Shown here in pieces: positions 17,865-28,678 of a stretch of 64,000 bases of DNA. Positions within the stretch are counted from its first letter, which is position 1. Every line of letters starts with the position of its first letter. The stretch lies in the NCBI GenBank assembly GCA_964422205.1, contig CAYRAI010000004.1, positions 8,417-72,416 on the forward strand. The letters are read 5' to 3'. A program made the position numbers and the translations under genes. The notes below the pieces were generated by a model, which saw only the letters and a list, made by a program, of their open reading frames with translations, had not been told where the DNA came from and made no database searches. The stretch comes from an uncultured Synergistaceae bacterium. GTDB taxonomy: Bacteria > Synergistota > Synergistia > Synergistales > Synergistaceae.

Positions 17865-20108
17865 TTATTCTCCGTAAAAGAGCCAGAGATTTCTTCCTCT
17901 GTTCTTTGCGGTATAAAGAGTTTTATCCGCATTAGCCATCAAAGCATCGTAAGTTCTGCCATTTTCGGGGTACTTCGCTATGCCTATGGAGCAGGAGATG
18001 TGATATTCAGATCCGTCCTTGCTGTAAGTCCTCATAAAATTCTTCTGCATCTTCTCGATAAGAGCCTTGACTTCATCGGAGACAGAGCAGTCCGGCAAAA
18101 ATACGACAAACTCATCTCCTCCGACCCTTCCGACCACGTTCTTCTCATTATATGAGAAAATATCGGAAAGATTCCGTGTAAGTTCCTTTATCATTGAGTC
18201 TCCGTAGAGATGCCCCATAGTGTCATTCAAATTCTTAAACTTATCTATGTCGGTAAGCATAAACAGAGCGGGCCCTTCTGATGACGCTATATACTCATTT
18301 ACCATAAACTCGGTGGCAGTCCTGTTCCACAGCCCTGTCATCGGGTCGCGCATTGCTGATTCCTCCGCCTTTTTAATATTCTTTATGTCGGTGTCCACAT
18401 TTGTAAGAACACCTAAAACCTTTATAGTACGCCCGTTTTCGTCAAATATAGACATCATGGTGTTTCTGTACCAGCAGAAACTTCCGTCGGAGAGAAACAG
18501 CCTATGGTCAAATGAGTTATACCTCGATCCGTTTTTCATCATCATGAAACCTTCAATTACACGAAGAGCATCCTCCTCAGGCATAAAATGCCTTTCCAGC
18601 AGCTTTGCAATGAAATTTCTGTAGAATGGAGGCATCTTAAATCTCTTCTCAAAAGTGCTCGAATGCCTTAGTATGTCCTCTACTGGGTCCCATTCAAAAT
18701 AGTTTACATCTGTCAGATTCTGAATAATATCAAGCTGCTCCTTGGCTATGCGCAAGTTCTCATTCGCCTGTCTTATAACGGTAATGTCGGAAACAGTTCC
18801 AAAGGCCTCAAGCATCTCACCTTCCCCTATGAGGACAAGGTCAACCCAGAGCCACTTGAGGGACTCATCCGCTGCAATAACAGTCAGGGCAGTGCGAATC
18901 CGTCCTGTTTCATTTATCTGCCTCTCAATCTCCGCGAAAAACTGAGCTCGTGTACGAGTCGGAAAGAGTTCATCTACTGCATTGCCGTACTTTTCTGCAA
19001 ATATATCTCTCGTATAGCCGAGTATTTTGTAAAAGCCTTCATTGGCACTCTTTATAATAAATTTTCCGTTTTCTCTGCCGCACCGTACAATTCCCCCCGC
19101 CGCAGTGTCGTGCAGAAAAGAGAGCTCCCTATGAACTTTCTCAAGGTCATCTTTGCTCCTCTTAAATTTAATAAATATAAAAGCTGCAATTATGCCAAAA
19201 AAGAATAGTTCTGTACATACAAAAATTATCGTATATGTAAAAAGTTTTTGAGTACGAGCCGCAACCTCGCTGTAAGGAACTAATGTAACAAGATACCAGT
19301 CATGATATTCTATAGGAGTATAGCTCAAAATATACCCTACTCCTGACAGGCGGAACGTAAGCTCTCCCCTCTTCCTCTGCTTTAGATTATAAGCAAACTC
19401 GTTGATGATAGAGGCTTCTTTTTCGACATTCGGAGCATCAAGCAGTCCCCATAAAGTTATGCTGTCGGACGCTATAACCGATTTTTCCGAGCGGGCTATT
19501 ATCCTGCCGTTCGAATTGATAAGGTATGAAGATGCAAGGCCGTCAAAAATACCGGAAGAGATAAAATGCCCCAGACTATGTGAATAATATATGCCGGACA
19601 GAACCGCCTTTGTGCGTCCATTTTCCATTATCGGAGCGTCAACCGCTATAAATGTCTGTCCGTCAAAAGATGATATATTATAATCGGATATGTTAGCCTC
19701 TCCGTTCAAAGCTTTAATAAACGAGACGGAACCGGATACATTTATCGGCTTTTTCGACCTGGGGTGTATAGTATTTCCATCCATGCCGATAAGAACAACC
19801 GTGTCAAAATCCGTATATTTGATTTTGTCTTTTACAAAAGAGAAAGCATAGGGAGAATTGACATCTTTTATATCCATAGCGATAGTAGCGGCAAGAGAGC
19901 GAGTGTACCCAAGACTGAGCTTGAATCGGTCATTTATCTTTGAAAGAGAAATTTCTTCCATTGCACGAATTGTACGTATCGTTTCATCATTAACATATTG
20001 GCGCATCACATTCAGACAGACAAGAGATGAGGCTGCGATAAGGGCAAAAATCAGTATATACACAAAGTAAAGCCTGTAATTTTTCTCGCTTAAACTTCTT
20101 ATTAACAC
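17865..20108 (-). CDS. Membrane diguanylate cyclase with extracytoplasmic Cache-like sensor, PAS domains and GGDEF domain
   Basis: C-terminal RVGGDEFVVFL GGDEF motif; two TM segments flank a ~280-aa periplasmic domain. The ORF extends to 20222; GTG at 20108 is preceded by GGAG. Confidence 0.85.
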   Translation of the reverse strand: MLIRSLSEKNYRLYFVYILIFALIAASSLVCLNVMRQYVNDETIRTIRAMEEISLSKINDRFKLSLGYTRSLAATIAMDIKDVNSPYAFSFVKDKIKYTDFDTVVLIGMDGNTIHPRSKKPINVSGSVSFIKALNGEANISDYNISSFDGQTFIAVDAPIMENGRTKAVLSGIYYSHSLGHFISSGIFDGLASSYLINSNGRIIARSEKSVIASDSITLWGLLDAPNVEKEASIINEFAYNLKQRKRGELTFRLSGVGYILSYTPIEYHDWYLVTLVPYSEVAARTQKLFTYTIIFVCTELFFFGIIAAFIFIKFKRSKDDLEKVHRELSFLHDTAAGGIVRCGRENGKFIIKSANEGFYKILGYTRDIFAEKYGNAVDELFPTRTRAQFFAEIERQINETGRIRTALTVIAADESLKWLWVDLVLIGEGEMLEAFGTVSDITVIRQANENLRIAKEQLDIIQNLTDVNYFEWDPVEDILRHSSTFEKRFKMPPFYRNFIAKLLERHFMPEEDALRVIEGFMMMKNGSRYNSFDHRLFLSDGSFCWYRNTMMSIFDENGRTIKVLGVLTNVDTDIKNIKKAEESAMRDPMTGLWNRTATEFMVNEYIASSEGPALFMLTDIDKFKNLNDTMGHLYGDSMIKELTRNLSDIFSYNEKNVVGRVGGDEFVVFLPDCSVSDEVKALIEKMQKNFMRTYSKDGSEYHISCSIGIAKYPENGRTYDALMANADKTLYTAKNRGRNLWLFYGE

Positions 20109-20494
20109 CGAGTGCACTCCTATCAAACAATATATTGCACCGCAAAAAAGCAGACAAAAAAACAGAGAGGCAATGTCACGCCTGAACAAGCAAAAAAGAC
20201 AACGAAGACAGAGAGAGACCATATATATACAGATTTTAACACCTTAAACAGGAATGTCCACAGCCGGAGAATTTTATGCTTCAGGCCGCATAGAGCCTTA
20301 CCCCCCTGCTATCTTAACCCCTAATCCGCAGTAAAGCCTGATAATACAGCTTTTTCTCTCTTATAACAGATGAACTTGCCATTAATTGTACTCTTAAAAT
20401 GAACTTGCAAAGTTAAGTATTTTTCTCCTTTAAATTATCAGAATATTGCAATATAATTTCTTCATCAAAGCCAACAGATTAGGAGGGGTTCTTC

Positions 20495-21397
20495 ATGGCA
20501 AAAAGTATGAAGACAGAGTATATTAACGTACACGGAGGTTTTGTAACTCTCAGCACATTAGGAGACTGCCATGATGCAGTCCCAGTGCTCTACATCCATG
20601 GAGGGCCGGGCGGAAACAACTCGTCCTTCATGCCTATGGCTGAAAAGCTTGCGGAAAACCGCATTGTTTATATGTATAATCAGCTCGGCGGAGACGAAAC
20701 GGGGCACATGGGAGACGAAGAACTCTGGGATCCCGAACGCTATATTGACTCCCTCGGCGACCTCATAGCAGCTCTTAAAGTCGACAGACTCCATGTAATA
20801 GGACGTTCATGGGGAGGTTATCTTGCCGCGGAATATCTGCTCCGTTCGGGCAAAACTCCTATCATATCCCTTACAATGACAAGTCCATTCCTCAGCACTC
20901 CTCTTTGGATTGCAGATGCCAAGCTCCGTCTTGCGGAACTTGGGGAAGATGTCGTGAAAATTGTCGAAGAGTGCGAAGGCTCAACCTTCTTTGACAATGT
21001 GACCTATCAAAATATTATCAGAAGATACAACGACACATATCAGTGCCGCAACGACCAGATAAGCCACTTGGGCAACCCGTATTTCACAAAAGCAGTAAGA
21101 ACAAAGACAGCCGCAGGAATGGAAGTCTACCGCCACATGTGGGGCCCCAGCGAATTTACGAGCACGGGAATCATGAAGGATTTGGACATTACCGGGCGCA
21201 TGAAGGACATTAAAATCCCAGTTCTGCTCCTCATAGGAGAGTACGACCAGGTCAGTCAGAAGACATGTGAATACTACCGTTCTCTCATTCCAGGTTCAAG
21301 AATGGCAATAATTCCGGACTCTTCACAGACCCAGTTCCTCGAGAATTTCGACAGATTCTACTGGACATTCTGCAATTTCATAGTAAATGTGGAATAA
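20495..21397 (+). CDS. Proline iminopeptidase-family alpha/beta hydrolase
   Basis: IHGGPGG oxyanion motif and GRSWGG nucleophile elbow; AGGAGGGG SD. Confidence 0.75.
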   Translation: MAKSMKTEYINVHGGFVTLSTLGDCHDAVPVLYIHGGPGGNNSSFMPMAEKLAENRIVYMYNQLGGDETGHMGDEELWDPERYIDSLGDLIAALKVDRLHVIGRSWGGYLAAEYLLRSGKTPIISLTMTSPFLSTPLWIADAKLRLAELGEDVVKIVEECEGSTFFDNVTYQNIIRRYNDTYQCRNDQISHLGNPYFTKAVRTKTAAGMEVYRHMWGPSEFTSTGIMKDLDITGRMKDIKIPVLLLIGEYDQVSQKTCEYYRSLIPGSRMAIIPDSSQTQFLENFDRFYWTFCNFIVNVE

Positions 21398-21413
21398 TTA
21401 GGAACAAATAAAA

Positions 21414-21457
21414 GCAGGGAGAGAAAGAGCCGCAGCAGCGGTTATTCCTCTCCCTGC
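21414..21457. terminator. Hairpin between the convergent hydrolase and glmS genes
   Basis: GCAGGGAGAG (21414-21423) / CTCTCCCTGC (21448-21457). Confidence 0.6.
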
Positions 21458-21565
21458 AATGTTTTGCACATAAAGCTCACAGCCGCACACCGACCGGCAA
21501 CGACAGTTAAACCATCGTTAAACTATTGCTCAGCAATCGTTCAACAAAAGTTTCCCTCTTCCGCT

Positions 21566-23392
21566 CTATTCCACTGTAACCGACTTCGCAAGGTTTCTCG
21601 GCATGTCTATGTCACAGCCTCTCTGTCTTGCCACGTAGTAGGCGAAGAGCTGCAGAGGAACCGTCGCTATGAAGGGGAAGAGTTCGGGTTCTGTCTCGGG
21701 CGTGAATATTACGTCTTTTGTATAGTGGGTTATTTCGCTGTCTCCCGCCGTTGCTATTGCTATTATGGGAGATTTGCGCGCCATGGACTCTTCTATGTTT
21801 GATACTGTCTTTTCCCAAAGCTCCCCTTTGGGTACAAGGGCTACAACGGGAAGCTCTTTGTCAAGGAGTGCTATAGGACCGTGTTTCATTTCGCCCGCAG
21901 GATAAGCTTCCGCATGGAGGTATGATATCTCCTTGAGCTTAAGTGCTCCTTCAAGTGCAGGCGGATATGCCAGTCCTCTGCCTATGAAGAAGAAGCCGCG
22001 CGCATCAGCGAAGTTTCTCGCAGTCTGCTCAATTTCTTTTTCATTTTCGAGAATTTTGGCAAGTTTTGCCGGTATGTCCATGAGTTCGTGGATTAGGCGC
22101 TTTTCCGTCTTGGGATCAAGCTCTCCAACTATTTTGGAAATGTACAGGCCAAGCAGTGTAAGCACCGTTATCTGAGCCATGAATGTCTTTGTGGCTGCGA
22201 CTCCTATTTCCGGGCCGGCCGGTGTTATGAGAGCTTCTCCGACTTCGCGGTGAATTGTCGAGCCGCGGACGTTGGTAATGACAAGGCACTTGGCACCTTT
22301 TGATTTTGCAAGGCGCGCTGCATGGAGAGTGTCTGCAGTCTCGCCCGACTGAGATACAAATATGGCGAGGGTGTCCGGGCCTATTGTGATGTTTCTGTAG
22401 CGGTATTCCGAAGCGACTTCAGTGCGAATCTCAAAGCTGCCGAAGGTTTCCATTATGCGCGATGCCAGTATTGTGGCATAGTGGGATGTTCCGCATGCGA
22501 CAAAGTGTATTTTTTTCCATTTCAAGACGTCTTCTTTTGTCCAAGGAAGTTCGCTGCTCAGGTCTACTTCTCCGTTGGCAACGCGTCCGAGGAGCGAATG
22601 AGTGACGACTTCCGGCTGTTCATGTATCTCTTTGAGCATGAAGTGCGGATATTTGCCGCGGCTGGTCATTGCCGTATCCCAGTCTAGGTGCATTGTCGCT
22701 TTTGCATGTTCTTTGCCGTCAAAGTCGAAGAAGGCGCACTTTTCTTTTGTTATGACTGCCATTTCGTCATCGTCCATGAACCATACGTCGCGAGTGAATT
22801 CAAGCAGTGCGGTCGGGTCTGATGCACAGAAGCCTTCGCTGCCTGCGTGTCCTACTACAAGAGGCGAGCCTTTGCGTGCAACCCATATTTCGTCTTTTCT
22901 GTCATAGAACATTATAACGAGGGCAAATGCTCCGCGAATTCTGTGCGTGAGTTTTACTATGGCTTTCTTGGGGTCTCCGTCATAGACGTAGCCCAAATAC
23001 TGTACCGCAGATTCCGTATCTGTCTCAGTGTGAAATTTAACGCCGCAGCCTTCGAGCTCCGCTCTGATATCGCGCGCGTTTTCTATGATACCGTTATGGA
23101 CAAGGACAACTCTGTTGTCACTGCTCATATGAGGATGGGCGTTGTTTTCCGTAACGCCTCCGTGTGTGGCCCAGCGTGTGTGGCCTATGCCGAAGTCTCC
23201 CGTGAAATGTTCCTGCTCTACTTTTTCAGCGAGCTTGGAAACTCTGCCCGTAGTGCGCAGCTCGTGGATTGCTCCATCTTTTATTACTGCGATTCCGGCG
23301 GAGTCATAGCCTCTGTATTCATGCTTAGCAAGCCCTTCAAGTATTACTTTTGTTGTTTCTCTATCTCCAACGTACCCCATTATGCCGCACAT
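21566..23392 (-). CDS. glmS: Glutamine--fructose-6-phosphate aminotransferase (isomerizing)
   Basis: MCGIMGYVG N-terminal nucleophile Cys, SIS domains, C-terminal NLAKSVTVE. The track ORF begins 9 nt upstream, but Met-Cys at 23392 is the canonical start. Confidence 0.95.
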   Translation of the reverse strand: MCGIMGYVGDRETTKVILEGLAKHEYRGYDSAGIAVIKDGAIHELRTTGRVSKLAEKVEQEHFTGDFGIGHTRWATHGGVTENNAHPHMSSDNRVVLVHNGIIENARDIRAELEGCGVKFHTETDTESAVQYLGYVYDGDPKKAIVKLTHRIRGAFALVIMFYDRKDEIWVARKGSPLVVGHAGSEGFCASDPTALLEFTRDVWFMDDDEMAVITKEKCAFFDFDGKEHAKATMHLDWDTAMTSRGKYPHFMLKEIHEQPEVVTHSLLGRVANGEVDLSSELPWTKEDVLKWKKIHFVACGTSHYATILASRIMETFGSFEIRTEVASEYRYRNITIGPDTLAIFVSQSGETADTLHAARLAKSKGAKCLVITNVRGSTIHREVGEALITPAGPEIGVAATKTFMAQITVLTLLGLYISKIVGELDPKTEKRLIHELMDIPAKLAKILENEKEIEQTARNFADARGFFFIGRGLAYPPALEGALKLKEISYLHAEAYPAGEMKHGPIALLDKELPVVALVPKGELWEKTVSNIEESMARKSPIIAIATAGDSEITHYTKDVIFTPETEPELFPFIATVPLQLFAYYVARQRGCDIDMPRNLAKSVTVE

Positions 23393-23552
23393 ATATATCA
23401 TCCTTTCAAAATCGGCCTCTGCCGCTATATGGACAAAAGAAAATCAGGCAAGTGCAAAAATTCTGCACTCGTGTATTTTATACTATTTTCCCTCTTAGTG
23501 CATATTTTGTCTCATTATCGTCAAAGAACTTAGACTTTTAACGCATAAAGAT

Positions 23553-23596
23553 ATCAGCGCAGACCGATTTTTCCCGAAGTTTTGGCCTGCGCTGAT
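23553..23596. terminator. Hairpin between folD and glmS
   Basis: ATCAGCGCAG (23553-23562) / CTGCGCTGAT (23587-23596), with further inner pairing. The T-run lies on the plus side, so its function for minus-strand folD is uncertain. Confidence 0.45.
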
Positions 23597-23656
23597 TTTT
23601 AAGATATTTGTTTTTACCGTAATGTGTGGGTTTTTTGGCTCAGTGGATTTTTTGAC

Positions 23657-24520
23657 TTATAAGATTTTCTTTTTCGCTGCTTTCTCCGCCGCTTCTATGA
23701 CATGTTTTACTAGTACCGCCGATGTCACAGCTCCTATTCCTCCGGGGACGGGGGTTATAGCAGCGGCTTTTTTCTCCACCGAGTCAAAGTCTGCGTCTCC
23801 GCACAGTCTGCCTTCGGAATTGACATTTATGCCTACGTCAAGCACTATCTGTCCGCTGTTTGTGTAGTCGGCGTTTACCATTCCAGCTTTGCCTGCAGCG
23901 GCTATGAGAATTTCCGCTTTTGCGCATATTTCTGAGATGCCTCGGGTCTTTGTGTGACACATTGTCACAGTGGCATTGCGGGATTGGAGCATCATGGATA
24001 CGGGCTTGCCTATGACAAGGCTGCGCCCTATTACAGTAATATTTTTGCCCTGGATATCATATCCGTAATGGCCCAGAAGTTCTATGCAGGCCTGAGCAGT
24101 GCATGGAGGGAAACCTTCGCCAGTTCCCGTGAATACGGAAGTGAGCGATTCCGCCGTGATGCAGTCTATGTCTTTTGAGGGAGAGAGCATTGAGCATACC
24201 GCTTCTTCGTCTTCCTTGTTCGGAAGGGGGCGGAATACGAGGCATCCGTGGATGGATGGGTCTTTGTTGATTTTTGTCACTGTTTCAAGCAAAAGTTTGC
24301 TTGGGCAGGATTGAGGAAGTATAAATCTGCGCACTTCCACACCGACATCTGCGCAGCATTTGGCGGCTCCGCGTTCGTAAGACAAATCTCCGCTCCGCTC
24401 GCCAACCCGCAGAATTGCCAGAACAGGAATGATTCCCTTTGCTTTAAGCTCCGCGGCACGTCCTCTCAATGCCTCTTTTATCCTATCAGCCACGGGAGCT
24501 CCTCTTAGAATATCAGCCAA
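23657..24520 (-). CDS. folD: Bifunctional 5,10-methylene-THF dehydrogenase / methenyl-THF cyclohydrolase
   Basis: FolD pattern (ILRVGERSGDLSYERGAAK...GRSLVIGKPV...PVPGGIGAVT). The ORF extends to ATG 24556. TTG 24520 behind GGGGGTG gives the typical N-terminus MADILRG. Confidence 0.9.
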   Translation of the reverse strand: MADILRGAPVADRIKEALRGRAAELKAKGIIPVLAILRVGERSGDLSYERGAAKCCADVGVEVRRFILPQSCPSKLLLETVTKINKDPSIHGCLVFRPLPNKEDEEAVCSMLSPSKDIDCITAESLTSVFTGTGEGFPPCTAQACIELLGHYGYDIQGKNITVIGRSLVIGKPVSMMLQSRNATVTMCHTKTRGISEICAKAEILIAAAGKAGMVNADYTNSGQIVLDVGINVNSEGRLCGDADFDSVEKKAAAITPVPGGIGAVTSAVLVKHVIEAAEKAAKKKIL

Positions 24521-24849
24521 AACTGCACCCCCATTCGCCAAGCAGCAGCTGTTCATTATGAACTTTTGCCGTTTGCGTGCTGCCGCACATATTTTTCCCG
24601 GCTCTGCGGCTTTTGAGCTTTTTTATAATTTGTATTGGTGAGGGTGCTTTTATTTTTACACAGCATAGTGTCATTGTTATTCCCCGTTCCATATTTGCGT
24701 AATGCGGCTCCGATATGAGCAGCAACGTTATCAGAGCGCAAATAATCAGTAATGACTAACAGCAGCTAACCATTTTCGGCGGACGGAAGCGATATGTTGT
24801 ACAGCTTCCGCCCTATTTTATTTTTAATTGTTAATTATTCTTTATGCCG

Positions 24850-26253
24850 CTATTTTGACGGCATGGTGTGGATTGAAATGTTGTGCGCCGCTTCTGCGGC
24901 CTCCGTGACAGCTTCGCAGAAGGTCGGGTGAGGGCGTATTACTCTGATGAGCTGTTTTGATGTAAGTCTGTTGGTGCAGGCGGAGGCAAGCTCCGCAATT
25001 ATGTCTGTGGCTCTCTCGCACATGAGCTGAGCTCCCAAGAGGACGTCCGTCTTTGCGTCAAAAACCAGTTTGACAAAGCCGCGTTCTCCGTTTTCGACGA
25101 CGGTTTTTCCGTTTCCCATCATCATGTATTTGCCTGTGAATGTTTCTATGCCCTTTTCGGCAGCAGCAGATTCCGTCAAGCCGACGGAAGCTATCTCGGG
25201 ATCTGTGTATATGCAGTTCGGTATAAAATCAAGACAGGCGGAACTGCTCTTTCCGGCAAGATTTTCGCATACTCCCACAGCCTGAGCCGAGGCCAGGTGA
25301 GCGAGCTGCATGCCTCCTATTACATCTCCTACCGCGTATATTCCGGGAACTGATGTCTCAAATTTTTCGTTTACCGAGATAAAGCCTCTTTCCATGGATA
25401 GGGAGAAGCCTTCGCCGAAGAGCCCGTCTGTTTCCGGCTCGCGTCCGTTTGCCACCAATATGCTGTCAGTCTCAATTTCAATTTCTTTATCCGCAGAGGT
25501 GAAGCGGCAGACCAGGCCATTTTCTGTTTTGACGACTTCTTTTATTGCACTCTGTCCGTAAACTTTTATGCCCCGTTTTTTCAGTATGACTCCGAGATTT
25601 TTTGAAATTTCATCGTCCCATGTGCGCATCAGGCGGCTGCGTACAGCTATTGTCACTTCACAGCCCAAGTTTGCAAAGACTGAGGCAAATTCTACGGCAA
25701 TAACTCCGCCTCCCAGCACAAGCAGTTTTTTCTTTACAGAGGAGCTGTTTTCGAGCAGTTCATCGCTTGTTATGACACCTGGCAGATCGCTTCCCGGAAA
25801 TTTTGTGTATGAGGGCTTTGAGCCGCTGGCTATTAGGATGTTTTCGGCTTTTAAAATTTCTTCTGTTCCGTCGGCTGAGACGAATTTTACGCTTCCGCGA
25901 GCCTCTATTGTGCCTGTGCCTTCGAGCCGCGTTACTTTGTTGGCTTTCAGAAGCTGTTCTACTCCGCTCCTGAGGCGGCTTACTGTCTGATTCTTACGGG
26001 AGTACATTTTTGCCATGTCAAAAGAGAGCTTTTCCACCGTTATTCCGAATGTCTCGAAATCGTTTTTTGCTTTGGAGAATAGTTCCGAGGCATAGAGGAA
26101 GGACTTTGTAGGTATGCAGCCTCTGTTGAGGCAGGTGCCTCCTACGTCGCGCCTCTCTATGATACAGACTTTCAGTCCAAGCTGGGCGGCTCGTATCGCT
26201 CCCGCGTAGCCTCCCGGCCCGGCTCCTATAATTATCAAATCATAGATGTTCAT
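24850..26253 (-). CDS. lpdA: Dihydrolipoyl dehydrogenase (glycine cleavage L-protein)
   Basis: IIGAGPGGY FAD motif, GGTCLNRGCIPTK redox disulfide, C-terminal HPT interface motif. Confidence 0.9.
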   Translation of the reverse strand: MNIYDLIIIGAGPGGYAGAIRAAQLGLKVCIIERRDVGGTCLNRGCIPTKSFLYASELFSKAKNDFETFGITVEKLSFDMAKMYSRKNQTVSRLRSGVEQLLKANKVTRLEGTGTIEARGSVKFVSADGTEEILKAENILIASGSKPSYTKFPGSDLPGVITSDELLENSSSVKKKLLVLGGGVIAVEFASVFANLGCEVTIAVRSRLMRTWDDEISKNLGVILKKRGIKVYGQSAIKEVVKTENGLVCRFTSADKEIEIETDSILVANGREPETDGLFGEGFSLSMERGFISVNEKFETSVPGIYAVGDVIGGMQLAHLASAQAVGVCENLAGKSSSACLDFIPNCIYTDPEIASVGLTESAAAEKGIETFTGKYMMMGNGKTVVENGERGFVKLVFDAKTDVLLGAQLMCERATDIIAELASACTNRLTSKQLIRVIRPHPTFCEAVTEAAEAAHNISIHTMPSK

Positions 26254-26255
26254 TG

Positions 26256-27245
26256 TTATGCCTCCGTCACAAGGGAGGAAATGTCTTCAAGCATCTGTCT
26301 TTGTTCCTCCGTAGTATTAGCCGCAAAAAGAGCGAACTTCAAAGCTTCGGCGGAGAAAGTAACTCCTGTCAGAGCCTGCTCCGCCGTCAGGGAGAGGGAC
26401 GGGTCCATGGCGTCGGTGAAGAGGCGCACATTTAACGTCTTTCCGCATGAGACTTTGAAGCAAAGTTCCGCTCCTCCCCAAGAAAAACGGCCGCTCTTCC
26501 TCATCATAAAATCAGGCTCTGTCTCAAAGCGCCATGAGGGGGATGCGAATTTTTCCGTAAGGGAGTCCAAGAGAGCAGAGTCTAGCTCCGATACTTTTAC
26601 CTCTCTCGGAACGGACTTGTACTCTTCTTCAAATGCTTGAAGCAGAGCTTCGCTTATGCTCTCAACAGTAATTGCGTCGTTAAGTTCCGCTAAATTTACG
26701 ACACGGGATCTGACGGAGCGCACCCCTTTGCTTTCAAGCTTGTCTTTGGGTACGCTGAGATATCTGCCCATGTCTGATGTATCGGCGCTTATGAGCAGTG
26801 TTCCGTGGTGGCAGTGTTTCGTTCCGGATGAGATAAAAGCGTTGCCCGAGAATTTCTGTCCTCCGACAGTGATGTCGTTGCGGCCAGAAAGCTCCGCATC
26901 CAAACCGAAAGACCTGACTGCTCCGAGTATGACTTTTTGCTGGCGTGCAACGCTGTAATCTGGGTCGGAAGCGAAGAAGGAGAAGTTGATGTTCCCCATG
27001 TCGTGAAATACAGCTCCGCCTCCGGAAAGGCGGCGGGCAAGATACCCGCCTTCCCTTTCCAGCAGTTCGGCTCTGCATTCACCGCGCACATTCTGATTGC
27101 GCCCTATTACGACAGTCCTCTGATTCTGCCAGAGATACAGTGTACAAGTCTCAGGCTCGGTGTTCATCATAAGGTACTCCTCAACGGCCTGATTGCGGTA
27201 TGGAATGAATCCGTCAGCAAGGATAAAAGATGTTCTTTTTATCAT
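26256..27245 (-). CDS. lplA: Lipoate--protein ligase
   Basis: RRLSGGGAVFHDMGN and KFSGNAF LplA motifs; the start overlaps the gcvPB stop (TAATG). Confidence 0.85.
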   Translation of the reverse strand: MIKRTSFILADGFIPYRNQAVEEYLMMNTEPETCTLYLWQNQRTVVIGRNQNVRGECRAELLEREGGYLARRLSGGGAVFHDMGNINFSFFASDPDYSVARQQKVILGAVRSFGLDAELSGRNDITVGGQKFSGNAFISSGTKHCHHGTLLISADTSDMGRYLSVPKDKLESKGVRSVRSRVVNLAELNDAITVESISEALLQAFEEEYKSVPREVKVSELDSALLDSLTEKFASPSWRFETEPDFMMRKSGRFSWGGAELCFKVSCGKTLNVRLFTDAMDPSLSLTAEQALTGVTFSAEALKFALFAANTTEEQRQMLEDISSLVTEA

Positions 27246-28678
27246 TAGCCGAAGTTATATCTGATAATAGGATTACGGGCAGCCGCAACTTCGTCGGGGC
27301 GTCCTATCGGAGTCGTTGACGGTGCTCTGTGCAGTGCTTCCGGGTCTGTGTGAGCCTTCTTCAGCAGCTCGATAATCATAGCCGCCGCCTCATCAAGCGT
27401 CTCCTTTGTCTCTGTTTCGGTCGGCTCAAACATAAGAGCCTCGTGAACTATCAGAGGGAAGTACATCGTTGGAGGATGAATGCCTCCGTCCAACATGCCT
27501 TTAGCCAGGTCACTCGCGCTTACTCCCGTATTTTTGTGAAGCTCTTCGAGAGAGAGGACAAATTCGTGCATGCAGAGTCCCTCATTGGCTGTCGGGCAGT
27601 GAGCTGCTAAAAGCACGCGCAGATAGTTTGCGTTGAGCACAGCGTTTTGAGACGCTTCGCGCAGTCCGTCCGCTCCGAGGGAGAGTACATAGCAGAGAGC
27701 GCGCACGCAGACTAGGAAATTGCCGTAGAAGGAATGCACCGCGCCTATTGAGGAATCTCTCTTTTCAAAGGAGTAAGAACCTTCCTTTTTTACTATCGCA
27801 CAGCCGGGAAGATATTTCTCCAAAATTTTCTTGGCTCCGACAGCAGCGGCTCCCGGGCCTCCTCCTCCGTGGGGAGTTGAGAATGTTTTGTGCAGGTTTA
27901 AGTGAATTACGTCAAACCCCATATCTCCGGGACGTGCTGTGCCCATGATTGCGTTCATGTTGGCCCCATCGTAGTAGCAAAGACCTCCGGCTTCATGGAT
28001 TATCTTTGTTATTTCCAATATATTTTTGTCAAACATTCCGAGAGTGTTCGGGTTTGTTAGCATCAATCCCGCAGTGTCTTCTCCGACGGCAGCTCTCAGA
28101 GCGTCCAAGTCAACGCTTCCGTCAGAAGCTGACGGAATATTGACTATGGTAAAGCCTGTCATGGCGCCGGAAGCTGGGTTTGTGCCGTGAGCCGAGTCAG
28201 GAACTATTATTTTGTTTCTCTTTGTCTCTCCGTGCTCAATCATATAAGCCTTGATGAGCAGAAGTCCCGTAAATTCGCCGTGGGCACCTGCTGCAGGCTG
28301 GAAGGTTACTGAGTCCATCCCCACAAGCTCCGACAGGTGCGCGGCCAATGTGTCAAGGACTTCAAGAGAGCCCTGCACAGTATGTTCGGGCTGGAGAGGA
28401 TGTATTCCCCTAAACCCAGCAAGTGATGACAGCTCTTCGTTCACTGCGGGATTGTATTTCATAGTGCATGAGCCGAGAGGGTAGAAGCCGCTGTTGACGC
28501 CGTAGACCTGTTTGGCAAGAGCAGTGTAGTGACGGCTGATATCCACTTCCGCCATTTCCGGCAGACGGAGAGGAATCTCTCTCTTCATAGCCGACGAGAG
28601 TCCGCTGAAAGGCACTTTGTTTTCGGGGAGCAGGGAGCATCTGCGTCCCTCGACGCTTCTTTCAAAAAGCAGCTTCAT
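27245..28678 (-). CDS. gcvPB: Glycine dehydrogenase (decarboxylating) subunit 2
   Basis: 477 aa; NLHKTFSTPHGGGGPG PLP-lysine region; ATGA overlap with gcvPA. Confidence 0.95.
   Translation of the reverse strand: MKLLFERSVEGRRCSLLPENKVPFSGLSSAMKREIPLRLPEMAEVDISRHYTALAKQVYGVNSGFYPLGSCTMKYNPAVNEELSSLAGFRGIHPLQPEHTVQGSLEVLDTLAAHLSELVGMDSVTFQPAAGAHGEFTGLLLIKAYMIEHGETKRNKIIVPDSAHGTNPASGAMTGFTIVNIPSASDGSVDLDALRAAVGEDTAGLMLTNPNTLGMFDKNILEITKIIHEAGGLCYYDGANMNAIMGTARPGDMGFDVIHLNLHKTFSTPHGGGGPGAAAVGAKKILEKYLPGCAIVKKEGSYSFEKRDSSIGAVHSFYGNFLVCVRALCYVLSLGADGLREASQNAVLNANYLRVLLAAHCPTANEGLCMHEFVLSLEELHKNTGVSASDLAKGMLDGGIHPPTMYFPLIVHEALMFEPTETETKETLDEAAAMIIELLKKAHTDPEALHRAPSTTPIGRPDEVAAARNPIIRYNFG

Noticed and set aside
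23393-23656. glmS ribozyme upstream of glmS
   Set aside because: On the minus strand I see none of the conserved glmS-ribozyme blocks (AGCGCC…, GACGAGG, GGCGGAUGCC-type core). There is only a folD-proximal hairpin and a short AGTGCA/TGCACT stem. Infernal should confirm this, but by eye it is absent.
24521-24849. ZTP (pfl) or THF riboswitch in the ~290-nt region upstream of folD
   Set aside because: I found no CCGCCUGGGC-type 3' element and no other recognisable core. The region has only small generic hairpins and a hairpin after lpd whose T-tract is on the opposite strand.
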